A DNA stretch of 64,000 bases from a virus. Of the stretch, positions 10,524 through 18,942 are shown one piece after another. Both the position numbers and the translations under genes were made by a program. Where the stretch lies: IMG/VR virus record IMGVR_UViG_3300030093_000028, positions 4,052-68,051 of that record; one strand, written 5' to 3'. Within the stretch, counting starts at the first letter, position 1. Every line of letters starts with the position of its first letter. Below the pieces are notes generated by a model that worked only from the letters and a program-made list of their open reading frames with translations, had not been told where the DNA came from and searched no databases.

Positions 10524-11462
10524 CTATATCATCCCAATCTTCATCAGCAGCTTCTTCTTGTTTGAAATCTCGCGCATATAGTAGCCCTCACCGCAAGTCA
10601 TCAGATAGCCGTTCTCACGTTTGTACATATTGCACACGAGAGTGTGGTTGGTTCTCCATTTGCCGTCAACCTTGACTCTCGGCAGCGGCTCATAATAGAG
10701 AAGTCCAAGTTCATACAGCACCTTTACCGCCTGCGACATTGCTCTTTCTGAAATACCAATCTCCTCAGCTTCATCACGATAGAACATATTCATGACCTCT
10801 GGCTTCTTTGTTCTTCTGCTTTCAACTGGATTTTCATGACATGCATCTTCGTTGGATAGCCTATTTGGCCTATTTCGTATATTCATCTTAAGGTATGCGT
10901 ATACACGAAGCAGGATATCGTTGTTCACATATTTGCTCTTGGTGTCATATTCCATAATCTTCTCATACTCATCAAGATATACGATGGCGAAGTAATCCGT
11001 ATCGCATTCGTCCTTCACTTTTCCGTTGTTGAATTCGGCAATGCACATCTTGGTATTCTCGATACCGCCATCAAGAGATAGGTAGCCAAGATCGCAAAGG
11101 TCATTCACGGCAGATACAAACTTAGAGTTTATACCGCGACTGTGCCTATCAGAGTTCTTACCGTGCCATTTGACCATCCAGTTGATATTGAACATCACCT
11201 TATCGTCCAGACCTCTTCTCACGGCAAAGAACATAAATGTCGTGATAAGCATATCATTTGAATCGCTGTTGACGATAATCGCTTTGGGGATACGAAAGTA
11301 AACACCGTCATTACCATCAAGCTTAGACTTTGAATCGTATTCATATAAGGTATTATCAGACAATTTGACACCTCCAAGCAAGTTCAAAACATTTGAATTA
11401 TACCACACTTTCCGTGGACAACTAATAGAAATCTTTAAGTTGTCCACGTTTTTTGTGGACAA
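10524..11462 (-). CDS. winged-helix DNA-binding protein (replication initiator or transcription regulator); 5' end overlaps operator palindromes
   Basis: C-terminal AEEIGISERAMSQAVKVLYELGLL is HTH-like. The annotated TTG start lies inside palindrome 1. The nearest in-frame ATG is at 11252. Confidence 0.5.
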   Translation of the reverse strand: MSTKNVDNLKISISCPRKVWYNSNVLNLLGGVKLSDNTLYEYDSKSKLDGNDGVYFRIPKAIIVNSDSNDMLITTFMFFAVRRGLDDKVMFNINWMVKWHGKNSDRHSRGINSKFVSAVNDLCDLGYLSLDGGIENTKMCIAEFNNGKVKDECDTDYFAIVYLDEYEKIMEYDTKSKYVNNDILLRVYAYLKMNIRNRPNRLSNEDACHENPVESRRTKKPEVMNMFYRDEAEEIGISERAMSQAVKVLYELGLLYYEPLPRVKVDGKWRTNHTLVCNMYKRENGYLMTCGEGYYMREISNKKKLLMKIGMI

Positions 11463-11546
11463 GTGTAAAAAGTAACTGACTTGTCCACGTTTTTTGTGGA
11501 CAACTATACCATTATACCCCTACTTGTCCACGTTTTTTGTGGAAAT
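11412..11546. promoter_or_regulatory. operator-like cluster: three TTGTCCAC-N7-GTGGACAA palindromes at ~42-bp spacing plus one half-site
   Basis: The palindromes lie at 11440-11462, 11481-11503 and 11524-11546 (the last has a degenerate right half). The half-site is at 11414-11421. The extended motif GTGGACAACTATACC is shared with the second cluster at 20181-20287. Confidence 0.65.
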
Positions 11547-11629
11547 TTATACATTCCTAACAAAATAGATATATACAAAATAGATAAATATGTCTACGAC
11601 AAAATAATAGCTATGTGGGTATGGGGATA

Positions 11630-11865
11630 TAGACCATATCAAAGACATAGATAATCTTGGACAAATTTGGATGTCTTCTATATAAGAACTCCAAATTTGT
11701 CCCATTAGTTTTATCTATTTAATAAATATCTATTCTAAAAAAAATAGCCGTATCAAAAGATATAAGAAAATCAATATTACAGATATGAAAATATAGACTG
11801 TATCAGAGATATAAAACTTACTATATCAGAGATATAAAAATAACCTACATCAAAGATATAGGAGT
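11630..11865. repeat. iteron-like direct repeats ATCARAGAYATA (5 copies) in an AT-rich non-coding region, plus a 12-bp inverted repeat
   Basis: The copies read catatcaaagacatagat, tatcaaaagatataag, tatcagagatataaaac, tatcagagatataaaaa and catcaaagatataggag. The inverted repeat is GGACAAATTTGG (11659-11670) / CCAAATTTGTCC (11691-11702). Confidence 0.45.
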
Positions 11866-12589
11866 ATAGCATCTACGATGCTGACGATATGTAGATATAT
11901 TACCTAATTATAATGTCATATTAATTAAATACGAAGCATAGATAACGGTATCACCAATTATATCTTAATGCTAAATAGCTTTATATCAAGTGTATATTTC
12001 TTGTTATTTATATTGTCCTCAATAACATATTAGATTGAATATTAATAGCTTCTATATCTATGTTGTTGATATGTAGTTATATTTATATGCATAACCGGAT
12101 AGTTTCCTTTTTTAAATTGCCACCAATTCAATAGCTTATCTTATAGCATATTTATTTGAATATAGATCGCTTTGTTGTATTGGTGTTTATTTGGATGTTT
12201 ATATGTCTGCAAATATAGATCGTATACGTATTTCGATTGTTATCTTATGTAGTTGCATATTGGTTTCCTATCTATTGCCATCTGGTCATACCGTATATTT
12301 TACCGTTTATAAATTGTTATATATGTAGTTATATATTGTTGGTATGTAGATAGATTTCCAGAGTGATATAGATGAATTTATAGTGGGTCAGATATTTTTT
12401 TCGGTTGTGTTTAGATGAAACACATAGCTAGGATCAACAATAAAAAAAACGAACCAGAAGTTTTAATACACCCCCATACCCCTATCTACCTGCGGTTTTG
12501 TCGTTTTGTAGTGTAGTTTATTACCCCTACAATGTGCAATAAAAACGGTGGGGGCATGAGTGCAAAAAAAACAGGGGGTATTGCACTTG

Positions 12590-12680
12590 AAAAACTAACC
12601 CCCTATAGCCCACACAAAAACTAACCCCCCATATAACGTTCAAAAAAACCAACCCCCCATATAACGTTCAAAAAAACCAA
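12590..12680. repeat. C-tract repeats, including a tandem 28-bp duplication of AACCCCCCATATAACGTTCAAAAAAACC
   Basis: The two copies lie at 12623-12650 and 12651-12678. The related unit AAAAACTAACCCCC lies just upstream. Confidence 0.6.
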
Positions 12681-12710
12681 CCCCCTGTTTAGAACGAACG
12701 ACACAACGAA

Positions 12711-12896
12711 AGTTTTCAACAGGTTTTCAACATATCTAATACCATTAAATAGTTTTCAACAGAGTTTTCAACAACTTTTCAACAGATCCATGACTTTTCA
12801 ACAGAGTTTTCAACAACTTTTCAACAGATCCATGACTTTTCAACAGAGTTTTCAACAAAAAAAGTTGTACAACAAAGTTTTCAACAAACCTAATAC
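12711..12896. repeat. array of ~11 TTTTCAACA direct repeats, including an exact 42-bp tandem duplication
   Basis: The unit cttttcaacagatccatgacttttcaacagagttttcaacaa occurs twice (12775-12816 and 12817-12858). The region is non-coding, and ORF 12790-12981 is a repeat artefact. Confidence 0.65.
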
Positions 12897-13449
12897 TAGA
12901 AACAAACTGCAATTTATGCAAATTTTCGTTAAAACAGCCCTGTTTTATGCGTTTTTTTGCATATCGACCCCAAAACCTTAAACCTAAACTTGAACCTTAA
13001 GTATGCGCGTTTTTGTATATATCGACCTGTTTTATGCATTTAATATAGCTATGCGCTAGTAGCATATTGTAGTTTTCATCGTTATGGCATAGCTGTTTAT
13101 CTGCTGTTTTATTGTAAATGTGTTGAGAATGTGTATTACCGCACAAGCCACTTTATGCACTGTATAGTTTGAGCCGTCAAACAGGAACCCAAACGAAAGG
13201 ACGAAAGCAAACAGCGGGCTAGCAACCCAAACACATATAGGCACCTGTTATCTATATGGGTGTGCCGTCTATAGGCGGCGTAGTGTACCTATTGCGCGTG
13301 GTGATGTGGGTCAAACTGATAAGCCATTGCAAGACTATAGGGAAGCTATCTCGAACCTTGAGAACCGCATATTAAAATATAGGACGCAACACAAACGGCG
13401 CTTATGCCTACACGTCAACCACCTAAAACCACTATTTAAGGAGTTTACT

Positions 13450-13806
13450 ATGTACGTTAAGCACACCGTTACCGTTGCCGATACCACTATGACGAACTAT
13501 ACCGTTACCGCCGATGAACTTCACATTTTCATTGCAGATACCATTAAGCGGTGTGGCGGTATCCACTATCAGAGCGATGTCCTACTCGACTATAAGAGCA
13601 TGTTGCACCACATGAACGATAAAGGCGGCTATATGTGGTCTATCCGCGCCACTGGCACGTGGTTTATGCCTATCATGGCATATGCCACCCATCAGCCCGA
13701 TATGTTCACCACGCCGATTATTCGCTACGTTGTCGTAAAGGAGGGCGATACGTATAGGTTCACCGAATACGTAAAGCTCGACCTCGACAAACTCGCCAAC
13801 CTATAA
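13450..13806 (+). CDS. hypothetical protein (118 aa)
   Basis: Strong SD TAAGGAG 7 nt upstream of ATG 13450. The ORF-track start at 13306 lacks an RBS. GC is ~48 percent, higher than the surrounding sequence. Confidence 0.5.
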   Translation: MYVKHTVTVADTTMTNYTVTADELHIFIADTIKRCGGIHYQSDVLLDYKSMLHHMNDKGGYMWSIRATGTWFMPIMAYATHQPDMFTTPIIRYVVVKEGDTYRFTEYVKLDLDKLANL

Positions 13807-13850
13807 TATCCATCCGTAGGCGTGAGCGCCGCATGTGTTGCGTCCTGCCC

Positions 13851-14254
13851 GATAGGTTTCAATCGTGGGCTATCCCCAAAACGAAAGGGGATACCATGCC
13901 TAACCTAACTATCGATTTCGTGCAAGATTTCACCTGCGTCCGCGCCCACAAGCTCGATGATATGTATCAGCGGTACACTCGTAGCGATGATACGCAACTC
14001 ATAGACGTGTATGGACGCTATAGCGACAAGAAAGCGCGCGCATATGCGTATTGCCGCAACCTCATGCTAAAGTATGACGGCTACGATTTCCGTATCATCA
14101 GCTACAACACATTTATGTTTACGTGTGGTTTCATGTTCCGCGACCCCGCAACCGATGAACTCACGTTTGCATATATCACGCCTACCTATAACTATTGCTC
14201 GCCTATTGCATAACTACTATCAGCTATGGGGATAGCCTACAATTGAAACCTATC
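13851..14254. repeat. 28-bp imperfect inverted repeats flanking a single small ORF (404-bp IR-bounded cassette)
   Basis: IR-L is gataggtttcaatcgtgggctatcccca (13851-13878). IR-R is tggggatagcctacaattgaaacctatc (14227-14254). The reverse complement of IR-R matches IR-L at 26/28 positions. Confidence 0.6.
13896..14213 (+). CDS. hypothetical protein (105 aa) inside the IR-bounded cassette
   Basis: RBS GAAAGGGG then ATG 13896. The ORF ends 13 bp before IR-R. Confidence 0.5.
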   Translation: MPNLTIDFVQDFTCVRAHKLDDMYQRYTRSDDTQLIDVYGRYSDKKARAYAYCRNLMLKYDGYDFRIISYNTFMFTCGFMFRDPATDELTFAYITPTYNYCSPIA

Positions 14255-14284
14255 AGATAGCAATCAGCCAGGAGGGGAAAGATT

Positions 14285-14548
14285 ATGGTAAAGTTCTATG
14301 AGACACTGGACAGTGAAGGGCGCGTTTGCATCCGCCTTAATCGCCGCAACGGGCGCATTCTAGCCCGTTGGCGCAACGATATGCCCAACCAGACCCGCTA
14401 TCAGTTCGTGCGTGAGCGGAAGGCGGTTTTGGACGGGTACGGTGAGATGTGCTACACTGCCATACAATGCGCACTGTACGCAAACGGTATGAGCGATTTT
14501 TCGCCTGCCGTACACGCGCCCGAACTGGGATACCGCTATATCAGATAG
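14285..14548 (+). CDS. hypothetical protein (87 aa)
   Basis: SD AGGAGG then ATG 14285. Confidence 0.5.
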   Translation: MVKFYETLDSEGRVCIRLNRRNGRILARWRNDMPNQTRYQFVRERKAVLDGYGEMCYTAIQCALYANGMSDFSPAVHAPELGYRYIR

Positions 14549-14556
14549 CGGCAAGG

Positions 14557-14606
14557 TGTGAGCGTGCGAAACTATGCACGCTCACACCAACCAACCAACC
14601 AACCAA
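14557..14606 (+). terminator. hairpin GTGTGAGCGTGC-N6-GCACGCTCACAC followed by the microsatellite (CCAA)5
   Basis: 12-bp stem at 14557-14587. (CCAA)5 lies at 14587-14606. There is no T-run, so terminator function is uncertain. Confidence 0.3.
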
Positions 14607-14622
14607 AAAGAAGGGTACAATC

Positions 14623-14943
14623 ATGAACGATACACGTAACGCGCTGCGCCACTACTGCTGGAATACGTCACCAAAAAGCATCATGAACATGTGCATTAAA
14701 CGCGACTGGTATAACGCTGGTAGTGGCGTTGCATATGGGCATATGCTCGATTTTGTCCGCGATAACGAAACTATCGAGGACGATAGCGGCAAATATCTTG
14801 ACGTTGTGGAGCATATCGCAAAAGACATATACGAGCACACCGACATTGACGACAATAGCGATTTTTCGGCAACCGATGTTGCATGTGCTATTATGAACGA
14901 AGCGACCATACACTACTGGTATTGGGAAAGTCCCGAATACTAA
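14623..14943 (+). CDS. hypothetical acidic protein (106 aa)
   Basis: RBS AAGAAGGG then ATG 14623. The longer ORF-track version (14449) overlaps the previous gene. Confidence 0.5.
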   Translation: MNDTRNALRHYCWNTSPKSIMNMCIKRDWYNAGSGVAYGHMLDFVRDNETIEDDSGKYLDVVEHIAKDIYEHTDIDDNSDFSATDVACAIMNEATIHYWYWESPEY

Positions 14944-14952
14944 CTAGAATTA

Positions 14953-14983
14953 GGGGAACTCTATCCCGAGTTCCCCTTTTTTT
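14953..14983 (+). terminator. intrinsic terminator GGGGAACTC-N5-GAGTTCCCC followed by T7
   Basis: Perfect 9-bp stem followed by TTTTTTT. Confidence 0.65.
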
Positions 14984-14984
14984 A

Positions 14985-15360
14985 TGGAAAAAGTTATGGA
15001 GATTCTATAATTTTTTCGTGGAGAAAATGTGGAGATTTTGTGTGCGATCCATAGTTATGGAGAAAATGTGGAGAGTATGTGGAGCTTTGATGGAGATTTT
15101 ATGTGCATCTGATGGAAAAGCTATGGAGATTTGATGGAAGTTTCATGGATAAATACTAGACTGGGATATGGAGAAACTGTGGAAAACTAACACACTGGAA
15201 AATTACAGACTGGAAAATACCGAAACGCGCTAAAATGGAGTAGTACGCGAAACCAACTGGAAGGGCGGAAAAATGTTTCGGAAAATCGTAGACTGGGCGA
15301 ATACCAAAGACGGTAGGGAGGTTCTAACTGGAATTATTTGTGGAGCTGTTGGAATCTTTG
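14985..15360. repeat. dense array of short direct repeats (R)TGGAGA (~10 copies) and CTGGAAAA (~4 copies) in non-coding DNA
   Basis: Examples are tggagaaaatgtggagatttt, atggagaaaatgtggagagtatgtggagc and ctggaaaattacagactggaaaatacc. ORFs 14883-15134 and 15230-15424 are artefacts of this array. Confidence 0.5.
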
Positions 15361-15550
15361 CGGTAAGACTCTTCTGCTTTTTGGTGTGCTTGGCGACTGG
15401 ATACCCTGCGGATATTTGGAACATTTTCGGTTAGGAAAAATGGAGCGGATTAAATATCTGCTCTTTTTTTTGCGGAAAATGCTACGGAAAAGATAGCGCT
15501 TTGCTGGAAAATCTCGCGCACACGCCACGGATAAATGATAATATGTAATC

Positions 15551-15650
15551 AGTCGGAGGGACAAAGGCACCGAACATAGCCCACCTATTATGACTTACAC
15601 GTTCTCTACAGTTCTGTACTTTTTAAAGTTAGCTAGGTGGAACTTTTAGT
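15551..15650 (+). ncRNA. candidate ~100-nt small RNA, copy 1 (paralogous to 17378-17480)
   Basis: ~75 percent identical to the second copy. Preceded by a -10-like gataatatgtaat. Ends with the conserved hairpin AAAGTT-N10-AACTTT followed by TTTT. No ORF is present. Confidence 0.35.
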
Positions 15651-15758
15651 TGTGTATGATTGTATGGAGAAAATATGTAGGTATGTATTGTCGTGCTATC
15701 TGGCGTGGAACTATGGCAATATATAACTAACGAAAGGCACCAATCGAAAGGACGAGCC

Positions 15759-16067
15759 ATGAACGAGACGAACACGCGGAAGTTTTCGGCACTTGTGAAT
15801 GAGCTGGGATACAAGCTCTTGGCTATCGAGTTTGCCTATGAACTCAACGATAAGGAGCTTGGAGATACGCTCAACACCATCGCCGATAACTGGAACATGG
15901 AGTTTACCGAGGATAACACTGGACTTGTCCATGTGAGCAATTACGAGGACGAGGAAGAAGATTATACTTACAGTGACGAGGGCGAACCGAGCTGGACGGA
16001 ACTAATGCAGGACAACTATCCTAGTGATGAGAACGGCAAAATCTTTGACACCCCGAGCGGCTTTTAG
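15759..16067 (+). CDS. small highly acidic hypothetical protein (102 aa)
   Basis: Conserved leader ...ctatggcaatatataac...cgaaaggacgagccATG. The protein is rich in D/E. Confidence 0.5.
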   Translation: MNETNTRKFSALVNELGYKLLAIEFAYELNDKELGDTLNTIADNWNMEFTEDNTGLVHVSNYEDEEEDYTYSDEGEPSWTELMQDNYPSDENGKIFDTPSGF

Positions 16068-16081
16068 CCGCTCTTTTTTTA
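16055..16081 (+). terminator. intrinsic terminator GAGCGGC-TTTTA-GCCGCTC followed by T8
   Basis: 7-bp stem plus a T-run overlapping the gene end. Confidence 0.65.
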
Positions 16082-16190
16082 TCTATGTTTAATTGTGTTG
16101 ATACTGTGATGGAAAAGATTCTCGACAATCTCGATTCAATAAGTGATAAATTATAAGTACAGAAACCAACCACAAGGAAAGGAAAGAACG

Positions 16191-16658
16191 TTGGCTACTA
16201 AGACTTTTGATTTTGGCAAGATTGACTACTATGGTCGTGGTCGTAAGATTAACCCCGTCACCGTCGAGGTTGAGTTGACGGTAAAGGACGGCAAGCCCTG
16301 CTTTTCTGCTATGGGCATGGTTTACAATCAGTCAAAAACCGATACCGTTGCTGGCGGTCAATGCCTAGATTCAATCGCAAAGCGCACTAAGAACAAACAG
16401 TTCATGGAGATTTGCCGTCTGTGGAAACTGTACCACCTAAACGATATGCACGCTGGCACTATCGAGCAGGAAGAAGCGATTAAGGACTGGGAGTCGAAGG
16501 GGAATCGCTACGATTATACTAGCGCTTGCGAGTACCTTAAAAGCGTTGGACTTTATGAGGTTGAACATAACGGCAAGCCTTACACCTATGGTAGCGGTTG
16601 GCTTTACTGGGATATTCCCGAGGACGATTTGAAGATTATTCAAGCGCTTTTTAATTAA
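16191..16658 (+). CDS. hypothetical protein (155 aa), probable TTG start
   Basis: Leader ggaaaggaaagaacgTTG is positionally equivalent to the GAAAGG-N8-ATG leaders of the neighbouring genes. Confidence 0.45.
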   Translation: MATKTFDFGKIDYYGRGRKINPVTVEVELTVKDGKPCFSAMGMVYNQSKTDTVAGGQCLDSIAKRTKNKQFMEICRLWKLYHLNDMHAGTIEQEEAIKDWESKGNRYDYTSACEYLKSVGLYEVEHNGKPYTYGSGWLYWDIPEDDLKIIQALFN

Positions 16659-16662
16659 GCGA

Positions 16663-16690
16663 CTACCAAAGGGGAGCGGTAACGTTCCCC
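16663..16690 (+). terminator. intrinsic terminator GGGGAGCGG-TAAC-GTTCCCC then TATTTTC
   Basis: Hairpin plus T-rich tail. Confidence 0.5.
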
Positions 16691-17003
16691 TATTTTCTTG
16701 TCTTTAAATGCTACTAATTCAGTATCAATATCGACAACAGAATATAAAGCACTGTAAGCCGTTTTAAGCCCTTATATTTTCTGGCTGGATAACTTATACC
16801 CGACAATCATTTAACAGCCCTTAAATCGAATCTGGCGGGCTTGTAGCGGCAAATGCGGCTGGACTACCCTAGCGCATTTAACGGACAACCTAAGCAACAA
16901 AAGCTGGACAGCATAAAAAACAATATATGAAGAAAGTATGTAGGCGCTTGAATCGTGGTACTATCTAACCAACAAGAAAAGCACGCGAGAAGGGCGGCAC
17001 AAA

Positions 17004-17264
17004 ATGAAAACCATCACGCGAACTGGCAAGTATTTACACGCGGTAGCAGAAGGAAGGAAGGACGGCACGGAGCTTGTGAAGACGTGGGAGCTTTGTTCTA
17101 AGGCGCGTAAGCGTTATGCACGGCACTTGGTCGAGGTGTACGGTTGGGACGCGCGTATGGCTATTCAACGCGCCTATATTTTCGGCTACGACTTTATGCC
17201 CTATAGTTACAAGGAGAAGCGTCCTATTATGGAAACGCGCACGAAAAAGAGTTTCGGCTTTTAG
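17004..17264 (+). CDS. hypothetical protein (86 aa)
   Basis: Upstream conserved promoter-like element cgTGGTACTATcTAACC (16956-16970) and RBS GAAGGG. Confidence 0.5.
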   Translation: MKTITRTGKYLHAVAEGRKDGTELVKTWELCSKARKRYARHLVEVYGWDARMAIQRAYIFGYDFMPYSYKEKRPIMETRTKKSFGF

Positions 17265-17272
17265 ATTCTGGC

Positions 17273-17300
17273 GCTCACTGAAAAGGTGGGCGCTTTTCTT
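17273..17300 (+). terminator. intrinsic terminator GCGC...GGTGGGCGC followed by TTTTCTTTTG
   Basis: Hairpin plus T-run. Confidence 0.45.
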
Positions 17301-17377
17301 TTGTGTATTCATTTGTGAAGAACTTATGAATCTGGGAATCACAATCTCACAACCTAAAACTATGGTATTATATAACT

Positions 17378-17480
17378 AGTCGGGAGGACAAAGCGACCAA
17401 CATACGCCACTCATAATGACTTATTTATTGAGCTACAGTTATGCCTATTTTAAAGTTAGCTACTAGAAACTTTTGTCTAG
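17378..17480 (+). ncRNA. candidate ~100-nt small RNA, copy 2 (paralogous to 15551-15650)
   Basis: The extended -10 promoter ctaTGGTATtaTATAAC (17358-17374) is immediately upstream. The copy starts agtcgggaggacaaagcgacc and ends with the hairpin AAAGTT-N10-AACTTT followed by TTTTG. No ORF is present. Confidence 0.4.
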
Positions 17481-17565
17481 ATATAGTTATGTGAAGATAC
17501 TATGGAGACGAGTAAACCGTGGTACTATTTAATCAATGAAAGAAACCAAACGAAAGGTGGTACAA

Positions 17566-17784
17566 ATGTTATTCAAAGATTTGCGGAGTGTTTGGGGCGG
17601 CATGGTCAACGTAATTGTCTATGCCATAGATAAAGCGCCGCTCACGATTGAGGACTACCCGTTTGATATGGTGCAAAAGCGCCCGTGGCTTGACAATTGT
17701 GAGGTACGCGCTATTGAGCCTGACGCATATGTGCAACGTGATGGTCACTCAAGTTGCGTTGTCAAGTTAGACTATAGGGGATAG
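17566..17784 (+). CDS. hypothetical protein (72 aa)
   Basis: Promoter-like cgTGGTACTATtTAATC (17519-17535). RBS GAAAGG then ATG 17566. Confidence 0.5.
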   Translation: MLFKDLRSVWGGMVNVIVYAIDKAPLTIEDYPFDMVQKRPWLDNCEVRAIEPDAYVQRDGHSSCVVKLDYRG

Positions 17785-17787
17785 CGA

Positions 17788-17820
17788 CAAGCCCACCGCA
17801 AAAGGTGGGCTTTATTTTTG
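17788..17820 (+). terminator. intrinsic terminator GCCCACC-GCAAAA-GGTGGGC followed by TTTATTTTTG
   Basis: Perfect 7-bp stem plus T-run. Confidence 0.65.
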
Positions 17821-17905
17821 CGTGTATATATGTGAAGATAACGTGAACACGGCAAAACTATGGTATCCTTTAATCAACAAAGGAAACCAGAAGAAAGGCT
17901 GAACA

Positions 17906-18148
17906 ATGGTTTTCAATTTTAACATTGACGATTTTCTCAAGAGGTTTGATGATAACTACGATTTTCTCTATGATGCAAGCAGGAACGGTAGCGAAGTGGC
18001 GGGACAGCGAGAAGCTACAGACGCATTTGATGATTTTTTGAAGGAGCATAGAGATTTTGTGTGCGAGTTCGTGAAGTATCGTGGCGATGTTATCTCTAGC
18101 GACAGAGAAGCAGCGGCGTTTATGTTTACCCTATATGACTTTTGCTAA
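17906..18148 (+). CDS. hypothetical protein (80 aa)
   Basis: Promoter-like ctaTGGTATcctTTAATCAA (17858-17877). RBS GAAAGG then ATG. Confidence 0.5.
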   Translation: MVFNFNIDDFLKRFDDNYDFLYDASRNGSEVAGQREATDAFDDFLKEHRDFVCEFVKYRGDVISSDREAAAFMFTLYDFC

Positions 18149-18153
18149 GACTA

Positions 18154-18185
18154 GACCGCCTATATTTAGGCGGTCTTTTTTTTGA
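18154..18185 (+). terminator. intrinsic terminator AGACCGCC-N8-GGCGGTCT followed by T8
   Basis: 8-bp stem plus T-run. Confidence 0.65.
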
Positions 18186-18310
18186 CCATTGATATGTGTA
18201 GACTTTGTGAAGTTAAAGATTCTCGATACTCATAGACTCTATCAGTGCAATAATAATATCAACCAAAGGGGATAAGCCCGATGGGTTGATAACAGCAGAA
18301 AGGTAAGAAG

Positions 18311-18475
18311 ATGGATATTCAAGACGAGCAGAAGGTTATTGCCTACGTGAGCGGCAAGGAGGTCTATAGTGGCACTTGGGGCGATGCACCCGAGGACGTG
18401 AAGGCTTTATATGACGCATGTGATTGGTATCTTCTTGATGGTATTGAGCAATTCGATATTATCATGGTAGCCTAG
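18311..18475 (+). CDS. small hypothetical protein (54 aa; below the ORF-track size cutoff)
   Basis: ATG 18311 preceded by AGGTAAGAAG. Hand translation reads MDIQDEQKVIAYVSGKEVYSG... and stops at 18473-18475. A terminator-like hairpin AAGGCGGTA-N4-TACCGCCTT follows at 18484-18510. Confidence 0.4.
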   Translation: MDIQDEQKVIAYVSGKEVYSGTWGDAPEDVKALYDACDWYLLDGIEQFDIIMVA

Positions 18476-18610
18476 CAGAGATTAAGGCGGTAGTGATACC
18501 GCCTTTTTCTTTGTCAATATATATGTGTAGATTATATGAATTACCACTATATACAACAGTATATGATATATTTATATCAAGTCAAAGACCACTAGAGATT
18601 GGGAAAAGCA

Positions 18611-18817
18611 ATGGCGAAAATGCGGCAGTACACCTACCTAGAGATGACTAAGATTGTCAAGCGCAATGGGTATGCCTATGTGCGGTGTACTGGCGACCAC
18701 TGTATCTATAAGCGCGAGGACGGCAGCGGTACTATCGTGCTGGCGAAAAAGAAGCATATTAACCCTTGCATTGCAAGGCGGCTTATCAAAGAACACAATT
18801 TGATTGTTGACTTGTAA
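18611..18817 (+). CDS. hicA: HicA-like (YcfA family) mRNA-interferase toxin homolog, orphan
   Basis: The 68-aa sequence ...YLEMTKIVKRNGYAYVRCTGDHCIYKREDGSGTIVLAKKKHINPCIARRLIKEHNL matches the HicA consensus (K.G....R..GSH.I...P.G....IP.H....G.....I.K). No HicB-like partner was seen downstream. Confidence 0.55.
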   Translation: MAKMRQYTYLEMTKIVKRNGYAYVRCTGDHCIYKREDGSGTIVLAKKKHINPCIARRLIKEHNLIVDL

Positions 18818-18942
18818 ACAATCAATGCTATAGCAATACCGTCTTTATTGATTCAATATAATATGTGAAGATAATGTGAACGACAACATATTATGGTATT
18901 CTATAGACAAGGAAAGAGAACGCCAACAGAAGGGATAGTCTA

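Noticed and set aside
12711-12896. TTTTCAACA repeat array considered as a CRISPR array
   Set aside because: The repeat unit is only 9 nt and the 'spacers' are 2-20 nt and partly repeated themselves. No cas genes anywhere in the window. Better explained as iterons or tandem duplications.
12790-12981. ORF 12790-12981 (+) and ORF 13056-13244 (-)
   Set aside because: The translation is a direct product of the TTTTCAACA repeats (MTFQQSFQQ repeated). No RBS. Lies in the non-coding repeat block.
14883-15424. ORFs 14883-15134 (+), 15230-15424 (-) and 15334-15570 (-)
   Set aside because: Generated by the TGGAGA/TGGAAAA repeat array (EKMWR repeats). No RBS and a low-complexity translation.
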